From Candidatus Aenigmatarchaeota archaeon (lineage in GTDB: Archaea; Aenigmatarchaeota; Aenigmatarchaeia; QMZP01), in NCBI GenBank assembly GCA_030670085.1, contig DAOVCJ010000002.1:4975-68974 (forward strand): a DNA stretch of 64,000 nucleotides, written 5' to 3'. Of this stretch, positions 39,294-48,364 are shown piece by piece; within the stretch, counting starts at the first letter, position 1, and each line of letters opens with the position of its first letter. The translations under genes and the position numbers were made by a program. The notes beneath the pieces are model-generated. The model worked only from the letters and a program-made list of their open reading frames with translations, did no database searches and was not told where the DNA came from.

Positions 39294-40042
39294 TTTTCAA
39301 CCAAAAAATACTCTAAGGCTTCCTCAATGGTTTGAACCTCTATGACATATATGCCGGCCTGCTCTGATATGTCAACCCTTTTCGGTATCTGCTCTATTGT
39401 GCATATCTGGCTCCATCCTATCTGTTCACAGTATTTTTCTGATTCGTAGGTGATCTGGGTTGACTGGGTCAAGGGAACAATGAAGAGATTCGCCCCGACT
39501 GATTTCGCGGCAGTTGCCTTTGCAAGGATCTCGCTCACAGGGCCTATTGTCCCGTCGTGGTTTATGGTCCCTGTCATCATTACGCTTGTGTTTATCCCAC
39601 TGTCCTCCAGAGCCGCGACAGTTGCGACCGTAAGGGATGCTCCTGCCGACGCCCCTTCAATAACCGTAGCATTCGCCTTTATGGTGTAGATCAGATCGTA
39701 ATTGGAAAGATTTACTCTAGTGATGTTCTCTGCAACGAACCTCGCCGTCCTTATTGAATTCTGGGTATCTGTCCAGAAGAGGAGCTTGTCTATGTTCGTA
39801 AGCGTCCTTCCGTAACCCCTGACAACCTGCACATCCAGTATGGTTGCAACACCCCTTCCGTTCTGGTCAACAGCAGGAACCATCACAGACGCGTAAGATA
39901 CGTTTGAACCCTCCAGACCCTCATAAGGTTTATATATGTAGGGGTAGTTCTCATATATGTAGATCGTCTGGGAGCTCAGAAACCCTCCAAGGTATGCCCC
40001 AACAGCCAGGCCTATTATCAGGGCAAGGATTCTAGTCTTCAC
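39290..40042 (-). CDS. Lon-C (S16) serine protease with N-terminal membrane anchor, no ATPase
   Basis: IEGASAG (Ser), MTGTI, GPVSEILAKA (Lys). Confidence 0.88.
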   Translation of the reverse strand: MKTRILALIIGLAVGAYLGGFLSSQTIYIYENYPYIYKPYEGLEGSNVSYASVMVPAVDQNGRGVATILDVQVVRGYGRTLTNIDKLLFWTDTQNSIRTARFVAENITRVNLSNYDLIYTIKANATVIEGASAGASLTVATVAALEDSGINTSVMMTGTINHDGTIGPVSEILAKATAAKSVGANLFIVPLTQSTQITYESEKYCEQIGWSQICTIEQIPKRVDISEQAGIYVIEVQTIEEALEYFLVEK

Positions 40043-40147
40043 AGAAACACCTTATACATTATTGACCGAGAAGAAATATATTATTTAAATTCTGAATCCA
40101 TGACAGATCTCTAGGAAAACTTTTAAATACCCTTTGCAAATCTTTAA

Positions 40148-40432
40148 TGCAGGGAGCCTCCAGTCACGGGGTTAGGCCTACCGTACCTTCGGGTGGCAAA
40201 TGGTCTATATGGCCGACTGTAGTCTATGGATGGCCTCATAGCATAAATGTAAGCCAGTTTACTGACTGAGAAGCCTTGTCCCACAGGAGTGTTTTCGTGG
40301 TGAACCGGGTCAGACCTTGACGGGAGCAGCCCTAAACTATGTTGGCGCTGCTTGTGGGGTCGCGGGGTGGAGAAAGTAGACCGGACAACTTGCGTCTGTG
40401 TTATGTTGTCTACCATAGACATGCTTCCTGCA
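40148..40432 (+). ncRNA. ffs: Signal recognition particle (7S) RNA
   Basis: Terminal helix TGCAGGGAGC/GCTTCCTGCA, helix 8 GGGTCAGACCT-TGAC-GGGAGCAGCCC, GGGGTCGCGGGGTGGAG, TATA upstream, T-run downstream. Confidence 0.88.
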
Positions 40433-40450
40433 CTCTTTTTCAGAAAACGA

Positions 40451-41644
40451 TTAAAGCAGTTTCCTGGCAAGCTTTATCAGTTTAGGCTTCTTCATGAGAA
40501 TCTTTGCGAACTTGCCAAAGCCAGAAGACCTTGCGAACTCTATAAGGTCCTCACCCTTGAGATAATCAACTAACCAGTTCAGATCTTCGTCAGAGAAGGA
40601 TTCCATGACCTCCCTGAGCTTCACGAGTTTCTGCAGTTTGTTGCCTCTTTTCTCCCACCACAGTTTGTTGTACTTGCCTAGGAATTTCTTTGATAGATCG
40701 TTTGCCTTTATCGCCTCTGCAGCCATCTCCCCGGCAATCCTTCCACCGACCCAGGCTTCACCCATGCCACCCCCATGTATGGGATTGGCCTGGTGCGCTG
40801 CGTCTCCCACAACTATTAAGTTGTCAGTGACCATGTTCTCCATCAACCCCCCCACAGGAACTCCACCCGAGTTGACCTCGATTATAGAACCCTTCTTCAG
40901 ACCCGACCTGCTCTCAATAAATCTCTTCAGATAGTCTATTGCTTTCTCCTTTGCATATGGTTTCCTGACACCGATACCAATGTTCGCGATGTTCTCTCCC
41001 TTTGGGAATATCCACACATATCCTCCCGGAGCGATATCATTCCCGAAGTACATCTCTATCCTGTCAGGGTCTATGTCAACATTGGTCATCTCAAACTGCG
41101 CTCCTGATGCAATATCCACGAGCTTGAGAGTGGTATCAAGTCCAGCTTCCCTCGCGATTTTTGACTCAACACCGTCAGCAGCTATCACAATCTTCGCCTT
41201 TATCTCTTTCTTTTCCCCTTCAAACTCAACTTCAACACCGCAGACTTTACCATCCTCTTTAAGGAGCCTTGTGACCTCTGCTTTCGCAAGAACCTTTGCT
41301 CCTAACCCTGCTGCCTTCTCTGCAAGACATTTGTCAAAGACCTTCCTTTCTAAAATGTAACCCTCTGGTCCATCCTTGTAGTCAACCCCGATGTGCTCTC
41401 CATTGGGAGCATAGATTGTCGCACCTATTATCTCTCTTCTTATCCACAAATCATCCCTCTCAATCCCCATTCTTCCCATGGCGGACATGCTCAGACCCTC
41501 AGCGCACCTCTTCGGGGCTCCTATCTCCTGCCTTTTTTCCAGAAGAAGAACCTTCATTCCTTTTTTCGCTGCTGCGAGAGCTGCTCCGGAGCCTCCGGGG
41601 CCAGCACCTATAACTATAATATCATACTCCCTTTCGATGTTCAT
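40451..41644 (-). CDS. Geranylgeranyl reductase (DGGGPL reductase)
   Basis: GAGPGG, PKRCAEG, PGGYVWIFPKG, GDAA...PIHGGG. Confidence 0.93.
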   Translation of the reverse strand: MNIEREYDIIVIGAGPGGSGAALAAAKKGMKVLLLEKRQEIGAPKRCAEGLSMSAMGRMGIERDDLWIRREIIGATIYAPNGEHIGVDYKDGPEGYILERKVFDKCLAEKAAGLGAKVLAKAEVTRLLKEDGKVCGVEVEFEGEKKEIKAKIVIAADGVESKIAREAGLDTTLKLVDIASGAQFEMTNVDIDPDRIEMYFGNDIAPGGYVWIFPKGENIANIGIGVRKPYAKEKAIDYLKRFIESRSGLKKGSIIEVNSGGVPVGGLMENMVTDNLIVVGDAAHQANPIHGGGMGEAWVGGRIAGEMAAEAIKANDLSKKFLGKYNKLWWEKRGNKLQKLVKLREVMESFSDEDLNWLVDYLKGEDLIEFARSSGFGKFAKILMKKPKLIKLARKLL

Positions 41645-41817
41645 TTCTCCACCATCCTTATCGCACCCACAGGACAGAAGTTAAGGCATATCCTGCAGTT
41701 GTTACACTTCTCACCATCACATTCTATACCATGCTCCCTGAGGGTGAGAGCTGACTGCGGACAGACCCCCACACATGCAGAACACCTCAGGCATTTCTTC
41801 TTGTCTGTCTCTATCAT
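41641..41817 (-). CDS. 2x[4Fe-4S] ferredoxin (58 aa)
   Basis: Manual translation with CLRCSACVGVCP and CNNCRICLNFCP; stop overlaps GGR start. Confidence 0.92.
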   Translation of the reverse strand: MIETDKKKCLRCSACVGVCPQSALTLREHGIECDGEKCNNCRICLNFCPVGAIRMVEK

Positions 41818-41888
41818 ACTATCCCTATCGATTTTAGTTTTAAATATTTATTATGATTGGTTTATAAAAACAGGACAAAATAATTTAT

Positions 41889-42773
41889 TTATTTTTTCCC
41901 GATACCTATCCAGTGATAACCTTCTGGTAAAAGATAGAGAGACATGTTATCTTTATCATATCCAGCTTTAATCATTAAATCTTCAAGGTATTGTTTACCC
42001 CTGTAATTTAACTTCCATCTACCAAAAAACTCCATCCAAAACCTCATCCACATATGCATATCCATATTGCTTGTAATAAGTGTTCCCTCCTCTCGTGATA
42101 CTTCTTTGGAATTCCTTAGTAAGTTTATACTTCTTTCATCATCAAGATAGTCCATTATCCCCTGTGTAATTACGATATCATAAGAATTACCGTTCTCGTA
42201 GTGATGCATCTTACCTATTTTTCCTCTCTTAAATGTTATATTTTTCAATCCTTTATTTTTTGCAATATTTGATCCCAATTCCATAGCATCCTTACATTTG
42301 TCTATGCAGGTAGCATAAACATCTATACCCTCCTCTTTAAGGAATTCTACAGCCTCTATAACATCTCTACCTGGACCAGAAGCCAAACTTAAAATATCAA
42401 CCTTTCCATTGTTTGACTCTGCATATTCTTTACCCAGTTTTTTCATCTGTTCAACATATTCGACAAACCTTGCCCTGGTAGCTCTTGCAGCCTTTGAATT
42501 GTAGAACATCTTGTCAGTCAGGTGCTCTGGAACAAAAGCAACGGTTTCTATCCCTTCTGGCTCATTCCCATATAAACGATCAAGAATCTTCCATGAGCCA
42601 GGGTTCTCAATGGTATCTCTTCCAATCTTGCTATGTTTATGAAGGTATTTTATAACTGCTCTTCTAGGTGATTTGAGAGGATGCTTCAAAAAATTTATTT
42701 TTAGTTTATCTATTGAAAATACTCTTTCTACTTCTTCTGGACTTATAAGATCTATGTAGCCTAGACGATTCAC
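41889..42773 (-). CDS. Class I SAM-dependent methyltransferase
   Basis: ILSLASGPGRD, YDIVITQGIMDYLDD; GTG start after GGTGAGG. Confidence 0.85.
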   Translation of the reverse strand: MNRLGYIDLISPEEVERVFSIDKLKINFLKHPLKSPRRAVIKYLHKHSKIGRDTIENPGSWKILDRLYGNEPEGIETVAFVPEHLTDKMFYNSKAARATRARFVEYVEQMKKLGKEYAESNNGKVDILSLASGPGRDVIEAVEFLKEEGIDVYATCIDKCKDAMELGSNIAKNKGLKNITFKRGKIGKMHHYENGNSYDIVITQGIMDYLDDERSINLLRNSKEVSREEGTLITSNMDMHMWMRFWMEFFGRWKLNYRGKQYLEDLMIKAGYDKDNMSLYLLPEGYHWIGIGKK

Positions 42774-42777
42774 TGCC

Positions 42778-43320
42778 TCACCATTTACTCTCCCATTCGC
42801 AGTATGGAGAGCCATTTCTTATGCATTTAACCTCAACAAGTTTTGCATTTTTAACCCCAAGTTCAACCTCCCCGTGTGCGGCGTAAACTCCCATAAACCA
42901 GTCACATATCATAGATTTTTTCCCGTATAATTTTGCTCCATGCTCTATTACAGGGTTGTTGCGTACATGGATTATCATATGATGGTGTCCGTCTTTCTTT
43001 ATATCAGCTTTGATAAATTCGACCTTACCAAATCCTATAAAATCCAACAACGCCAAAACAATTTTCTGGGTAGCCCACCCACCCTTCAGTTTAGCTCCAG
43101 TACATTTAACTATTTCCTTACCAGCATCATATCCAGCTTCGTACCCAATTTTATATAGATAATCTTTACCCAATTTTTCCCCAACATTCTGTAAATTTAA
43201 AGCAAATGCCCTGGCAGGATATAACATCCAATCCATCCTTCCGTATAATCTGATCCTTCCCTTTTCGTTTGTAAATGCCCTGCCGATCAGCATTTTTTTC
43301 AGTACAGTTGATAAGACCAT
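42778..43320 (-). CDS. V4R (4-vinyl reductase) domain protein
   Basis: LYKIGYEAG, GFGKVE, ICDWFMG, EVKCIRNGSPYCE. Confidence 0.85.
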   Translation of the reverse strand: MVLSTVLKKMLIGRAFTNEKGRIRLYGRMDWMLYPARAFALNLQNVGEKLGKDYLYKIGYEAGYDAGKEIVKCTGAKLKGGWATQKIVLALLDFIGFGKVEFIKADIKKDGHHHMIIHVRNNPVIEHGAKLYGKKSMICDWFMGVYAAHGEVELGVKNAKLVEVKCIRNGSPYCEWESKW

Positions 43321-43322
43321 TA

Positions 43323-43574
43323 TTAATCCACCTTCAACAGTTCGTATATCACTCTTAATTTTTCAATATCATGCGGCCAGGCAATCAAAGCCTTCCCTAT
43401 TCTTTTAGTTCTTATCCTCTCAGCTTTTTCAAGCTCCTTTATGTGGTAGCTTATCTTCTTGATGTTGCTGTTGTTCACTTCCAGTTCGAGGTTTCTGACA
43501 AGTTCCTTTATATGAACAGGCCAGTGGTGCTCAATATTTTCCATTACATTTTTTCTCAGTTCTTTCCCTCTCAT
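43323..43574 (-). CDS. Winged-helix DNA-binding protein
   Basis: IKELVRNL...ISYHIKELEK...KRIGK. Confidence 0.75.
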   Translation of the reverse strand: MRGKELRKNVMENIEHHWPVHIKELVRNLELEVNNSNIKKISYHIKELEKAERIRTKRIGKALIAWPHDIEKLRVIYELLKVD

Positions 43575-43655
43575 ACATTATTATATAAGTGAAAAAATTA
43601 TAAATAGATAAATTCACATATGTGAAAAAATAGTTTGATGTGAAGATTTCTTTAA

Positions 43656-43844
43656 CTACTTAGGATAATCCAGATCCAGAGAAAGTTTTTGCTTATGATG
43701 CTTTCCACCGTAAATGTCACTCTCTAAAATTGATTCAGCCGCCTTGTCTCTTATATATTTATCCAAATGATGGCAACCTCTTTCAAAGCCTATTATTAAT
43801 GCAGCAGTAGCGAGAGCGTATATTACAGGTTTTTTAAGTTTCAT
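43656..43844 (-). CDS. Small protein with N-terminal hydrophobic segment
   Basis: 62-aa ORF. Confidence 0.5.
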   Translation of the reverse strand: MKLKKPVIYALATAALIIGFERGCHHLDKYIRDKAAESILESDIYGGKHHKQKLSLDLDYPK

Positions 43845-44008
43845 TCCAGACTACCTACTATATTTTATTGTGTAAAAATTTAAATACCTATTACATAACG
43901 AATAAAGATATTCCTAGCGCAGTGGCTCTGACTAAAAAATAAAAAAAAAGAGAAAAAATGTTAAAAGGGCTAATTAAATGCGCCCCCTATTAAAAAAACC
44001 AAAAGGTT

Positions 44009-44374
44009 TTATACCACCGCGGGCTTTGCTGCTAGGTTGTAAACAGCCTTAAGGGAAACCACTAATGCTGCTGGTGCAACGAATGCTGCTATGTTGTTGA
44101 CCATTGCCTGGATTACCGATCCCAGCAATGGGATTATTGTGTCTATGGACGTCAGCTGTGCTATTGTTCCTACTAGTATCAATGCTATTGATGCAAGCAG
44201 GAAGTCGTGTATTTCCTTGGCGCCGATGTTAAGGAAGCCAACGATTAATCCCAGTACCACTAGTACCAGAAGTATCCATGGTGAATATCCTACTACCCAT
44301 CCACCGACCAGACCTGCTATTACTGCTATGACTACACCCAGTATAAAAGCCCATTTTCCAATACTTTCTGCCAT
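44009..44374 (-). CDS. Four-TM membrane protein
   Basis: Very hydrophobic, AGGTGG RBS, T-rich terminator. Confidence 0.8.
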   Translation of the reverse strand: MAESIGKWAFILGVVIAVIAGLVGGWVVGYSPWILLVLVVLGLIVGFLNIGAKEIHDFLLASIALILVGTIAQLTSIDTIIPLLGSVIQAMVNNIAAFVAPAALVVSLKAVYNLAAKPAVV

Positions 44375-44481
44375 TTATAGCCACCTTACTTTATATAATG
44401 TCGCTAGCCGCTTATAAATGTTATTCGACAATGAACGATATTTTTTATGAATTTGATTGTGAAGTTATGAAGTTGCCGAAT

Positions 44482-45297
44482 TCAGAGATAGACCTCAACA
44501 AAGGCTCCCACAACAATCAGGACTATTGCCAGGGCAAGGAGTTTGAAAGAGTCAAAAAGGATAGTCTTAAGGACAGCGGATCTGTTCTTTCTAAGAACAG
44601 CTGCAGAGATGATGGAACCCGCAAGACCGGCGACTATGTATCCACCAATCTCAAGAATCCCGTGCGTCAAAAACAGGCTCCCTGCACCCGGTATGTGCCA
44701 TACGGTTTCCGATATCCTGGCTATAGCAACCCCCAGTATGGAGGCATTCCATACCAGGATGAAAACCGCACCCGCTCCAAAGAAGAGGGAAAACAAAAAC
44801 GCAAAGAGCATGACCTGAAAATTGTTTGCGAAGATTCTCTCGAAATCAACAAAGCTCCCCTTAGTCAATGCGCCTGACGCCCCTTGTATCCTGTTTATCA
44901 CCGTTTCCTGCACCTGGAAGAAATTCGGGTCCAAGAAGAAATGCCAAGCAGCAAACGCAATGGTAACCCCTGCAAAGAATACCAGAAACAGGAGCAGGTG
45001 GATGAAATGCTTTTCCCAGAAACTCTTTTTGTGGAAATCCTCTATATCCTTCTCCTCTATCCTCTCCTCCCTCTTGATAAGGACAGTCATCCAATAGGCA
45101 GAGGGTATGATCACGAAGAGGACAGAGAATATGCCAGACGTGTCAAAGAGCGTTCCGCCCAGCACAAACCTAACCGAAACCTGGGAGGCTATGAATATGG
45201 CTATGCTAGTTATCATCACAGCCCACACAAACATCCAGAGAAACATTCGCTCCGGTCTCTTGTCAAAATCCCTGAACCCCAGAATCGATTCAAACAT
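44482..45297 (-). CDS. SpoIIM/DUF95-family membrane protein
   Basis: IFANN, WNASILG, HGILEIGGY, GAFVE. Confidence 0.88.
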   Translation of the reverse strand: MFESILGFRDFDKRPERMFLWMFVWAVMITSIAIFIASQVSVRFVLGGTLFDTSGIFSVLFVIIPSAYWMTVLIKREERIEEKDIEDFHKKSFWEKHFIHLLLFLVFFAGVTIAFAAWHFFLDPNFFQVQETVINRIQGASGALTKGSFVDFERIFANNFQVMLFAFLFSLFFGAGAVFILVWNASILGVAIARISETVWHIPGAGSLFLTHGILEIGGYIVAGLAGSIISAAVLRKNRSAVLKTILFDSFKLLALAIVLIVVGAFVEVYL

Positions 45298-45401
45298 ACT
45301 TAATTATTTGCATTCGGACCTTTATTTAATTTTCAGTGGCCGTTTTCAGACCCCTTCGGGAGAATGCATTTAAAACAATTTGCCAACAATAATATTATTA
45401 T

Positions 45402-47882
45402 ATGGTCAGACTGCAAAGAATTGCGATTCAGGGTTTCAAATCATTCAAGAGAAAGGTTTCTATACCATTCCCTCCTGGTTTTTCTGTGATAACAGGGCCC
45501 AATGGCTCGGGCAAGAGCAACCTGAGCGATGCAATATCCTTTGTTCTGGGCAGGACATCCTCCAGGACCCTGAGGGCGAAGAAAACACAGGAGCTTATCT
45601 TCCACGGCAGCAAGAAAAAGACAGGCTCTGATTTCGCAAAGGTGACGATCTACTTTGACAACTCAAAAAAGATTCTCCCACTAGAAGACGAATCCGTCTC
45701 GATAAGCAGAAGGATCAACAAGAAGGGTGTAAGCACCTACAGGCTCAATGGAAGGGTTATAACAAGGCAGCAGATAATCGATATCTTTTCTCAGGCAGAC
45801 ATTCACCCTGACGGGCACAACATAATACAGCAGGGGGATGTAAACCAGATGGTTGAGATGGATGCAGTGGAGAGAAGGGAAATCATAGATGAGATATCCG
45901 GGATAGCGGAGTACGATGATAAGAAGAGAAAGGCAGAGAAGGAACTGGAGCAGATTGATGGAAGGATAAGGGAGGCAGAGATTCTCCTGCAGGAAAAATA
46001 TCAAGTGATAGAGAAACTCAGAAAAGAGAGGGATGCCGCGCTCAGGTATAAAAAGTTTGATAAGGAGCTCAAGGATGTGAGGGCAGCACTCATATGGAAG
46101 GATTTCTCCGGAGCAAAAAAAGGGCTTGGTAACGCCAGTGAGAAACTGGGGGAAAAGGAAAAGCTGATGAAGAAGCTCGAGAAGGACATAAGGGATTATG
46201 ATGAGAAGATTGCGAAGGAGGAGGAGAGGCTCAATGGCCTGACCAAGCAGGCCCTGAAGGCATCAGAGCAGATAGAAGTGTCAAACAGGATAACAAAGCT
46301 CAGGTCAGAGCTTGAGATAAAGCAGAACAAGATAGACTCCAACAGGAGGGAGATAGAGGGGATGCAGAGCCTTATCGAGAGACTGAGCCAGATTGATACG
46401 AAGATAAGCCCTGCCTTCAAGTCTGTTGAAAGCCTTCAAGGCGTTTTCGGAACAGTTTTGAACCTGATAAATGTACCGGCAGAGTACCGGGTCGCTGTGG
46501 AAGTCGCAGGTGGAGGACATCTTAACGATATAGTGGTTGACACCACAAACAACGTAATCAGATGCGTAAAGCACCTGAAAGTGAATAAGATAGGAAGGGC
46601 AAGGTTCCTTCCCCTGGACAGGATAAGGGGCATGAAGAAACCACTGCCACCGGGCGCGATAAAGTGGCTCTCAGACCTTATCAGGTATGAACCCAGGTAC
46701 GAGCCGGTTATGAGTTATATTTTCGGATCAACGGCCCTGGTGAAGGATACTGACAGGGCAGGAGAGGTCGCAAAGAAACAGAGGGTAAGGATGGTAACCC
46801 TTGACGGAGACCTTTTCGAGGCATCAGGCGCAATCACAGGCGGGTTCTACAGGAAAAGGGGAGCAGGAGCCCTGAACGAGGTAAACAAATACCTTGAGGA
46901 CAAGAAAAAACTGGAGAACGAAATAGATGCTTTGTACGTTCAGATAAAGGACATAAACGATGACCTGGAGATACTGGCTGAAAAGGAGAAGAGGACCAAG
47001 ACAGCTGACCTGGAAAAGGAGAGGATAAGGCTTGACCAGAGACTGCATGAGTTCAGGGAAAATAGGAAGGAGGCGTATGATACAAGGGTTGAGCTCCAGC
47101 AGGACATATCAAAGCTCAACATACAGAAGGCAAAGCTTGAGGCAAAGTCCGATGATCTCAAATTCCAGTGGGATGAGAGAGAGGAGATAGAGGATGAGAT
47201 TCATGACTACATAAACATGAGCGTTGCAAAACTTAGGGAGCTCGAAACCAATGCGATAGAGGGGATCCAGACACTGGGGCCGGTCAACATGAAGGCGTTG
47301 GAGGAATTCGATATGATTAAAACCGAATTTGAGGACTTCAGGGAAAAGGTGGACAAGATAGTTGATGAAAAAAACTCCATAATGGATACTGTGAAAAAGA
47401 TAGAGAAAAAGAGAAAGGAGACCTTCATGTACACCATGAGCTCCATAGCCAACCATTTCAGGGAGGTTTACCTTGAACTCACTGAAGGGGAAGCTGACCT
47501 GGAGTTGGAGGATCCAGAGAATCTCGATTCAGGTCTTTTAATCAAGGCGCAGCCGCCTGGGAAAAAACTCCTGCACATAGATTCCATGTCCGGTGGAGAG
47601 AAAACCCTTACAGCCTTTGCATTTGTGTTCGCTGTTCAGAGGCACAAACCCACTCCATTCTACATACTTGACGAGGCTGATTCAACACTTGACAAGGAGA
47701 ACACGAGGAGGGTTGTAAATCTTATCAAGAAGCAGTCAAATCTTGCGCAGTTCATAGTCATATCCCACAATGACGCCCTGGTGAGGGAGGCAGACCAGAT
47801 ATACGGGGTTTCGATGGAGGACGGGGAATCCAAGATAGTCGGAATAGAGCTACCCCGGGTGGAAAAACAGAAAAATAACTGA
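45402..47882 (+). CDS. smc: Chromosome segregation protein SMC (short arms, 826 aa)
   Basis: GFKSF, GPNGSGKSN, hinge GRARFLPL/VTLDGD..GAITGG, GPVNMKA, SGGEK, ILDEAD. Confidence 0.95.
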   Translation: MVRLQRIAIQGFKSFKRKVSIPFPPGFSVITGPNGSGKSNLSDAISFVLGRTSSRTLRAKKTQELIFHGSKKKTGSDFAKVTIYFDNSKKILPLEDESVSISRRINKKGVSTYRLNGRVITRQQIIDIFSQADIHPDGHNIIQQGDVNQMVEMDAVERREIIDEISGIAEYDDKKRKAEKELEQIDGRIREAEILLQEKYQVIEKLRKERDAALRYKKFDKELKDVRAALIWKDFSGAKKGLGNASEKLGEKEKLMKKLEKDIRDYDEKIAKEEERLNGLTKQALKASEQIEVSNRITKLRSELEIKQNKIDSNRREIEGMQSLIERLSQIDTKISPAFKSVESLQGVFGTVLNLINVPAEYRVAVEVAGGGHLNDIVVDTTNNVIRCVKHLKVNKIGRARFLPLDRIRGMKKPLPPGAIKWLSDLIRYEPRYEPVMSYIFGSTALVKDTDRAGEVAKKQRVRMVTLDGDLFEASGAITGGFYRKRGAGALNEVNKYLEDKKKLENEIDALYVQIKDINDDLEILAEKEKRTKTADLEKERIRLDQRLHEFRENRKEAYDTRVELQQDISKLNIQKAKLEAKSDDLKFQWDEREEIEDEIHDYINMSVAKLRELETNAIEGIQTLGPVNMKALEEFDMIKTEFEDFREKVDKIVDEKNSIMDTVKKIEKKRKETFMYTMSSIANHFREVYLELTEGEADLELEDPENLDSGLLIKAQPPGKKLLHIDSMSGGEKTLTAFAFVFAVQRHKPTPFYILDEADSTLDKENTRRVVNLIKKQSNLAQFIVISHNDALVREADQIYGVSMEDGESKIVGIELPRVEKQKNN

Positions 47883-47902
47883 GCTCTAAAACAGGAACTC
47901 GT

Positions 47903-48280
47903 TCATATAGTCTTTTTGAGATGCTTGATTTTTATCTCGATCTCTGTGAGCTTCTGCTCGTAATCCTGGGTTATCTTCTCGTAGTTTTCCCTAGATATCT
48001 TCTTTTTCAAGAACTTCTTTTCTAACGCGTCTTTTATTTCCTCTATCTCCTTTCTTTTCATTTCCAGGTCATCAACCACGTGCCTCCCAAGCCTCTCCAT
48101 GCCCCTGAAAACTACAAGAAAAGCGATAGCCAGACCAACGTAAAGGACAACGTATCCAAGAACCGCGAGAACCCCTATGATGGGGGTGAACCAGAATGCA
48201 AGGGCGAATATTATGCCTGACATGATGAATGTAACTGCCCAGAGCAACTGCAGCCTGTCCTCTCGTTTGAATACTGGCAT
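47903..48280 (-). CDS. Two-TM protein with C-terminal coiled coil
   Basis: Hydrophobic N-half, charged C-half. Confidence 0.7.
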   Translation of the reverse strand: MPVFKREDRLQLLWAVTFIMSGIIFALAFWFTPIIGVLAVLGYVVLYVGLAIAFLVVFRGMERLGRHVVDDLEMKRKEIEEIKDALEKKFLKKKISRENYEKITQDYEQKLTEIEIKIKHLKKTI

Positions 48281-48364
48281 ATTAATTAATTGTATTCTAG
48301 GAATAAAAACCTAAAATCTGCTAAATCTTATTAAACTTAAATTTATACTTTCTAAATATTCTCC

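Noticed and set aside
40144..40470. 108-aa minus-strand ORF
   Set aside because: Overlaps the SRP RNA on the opposite strand.
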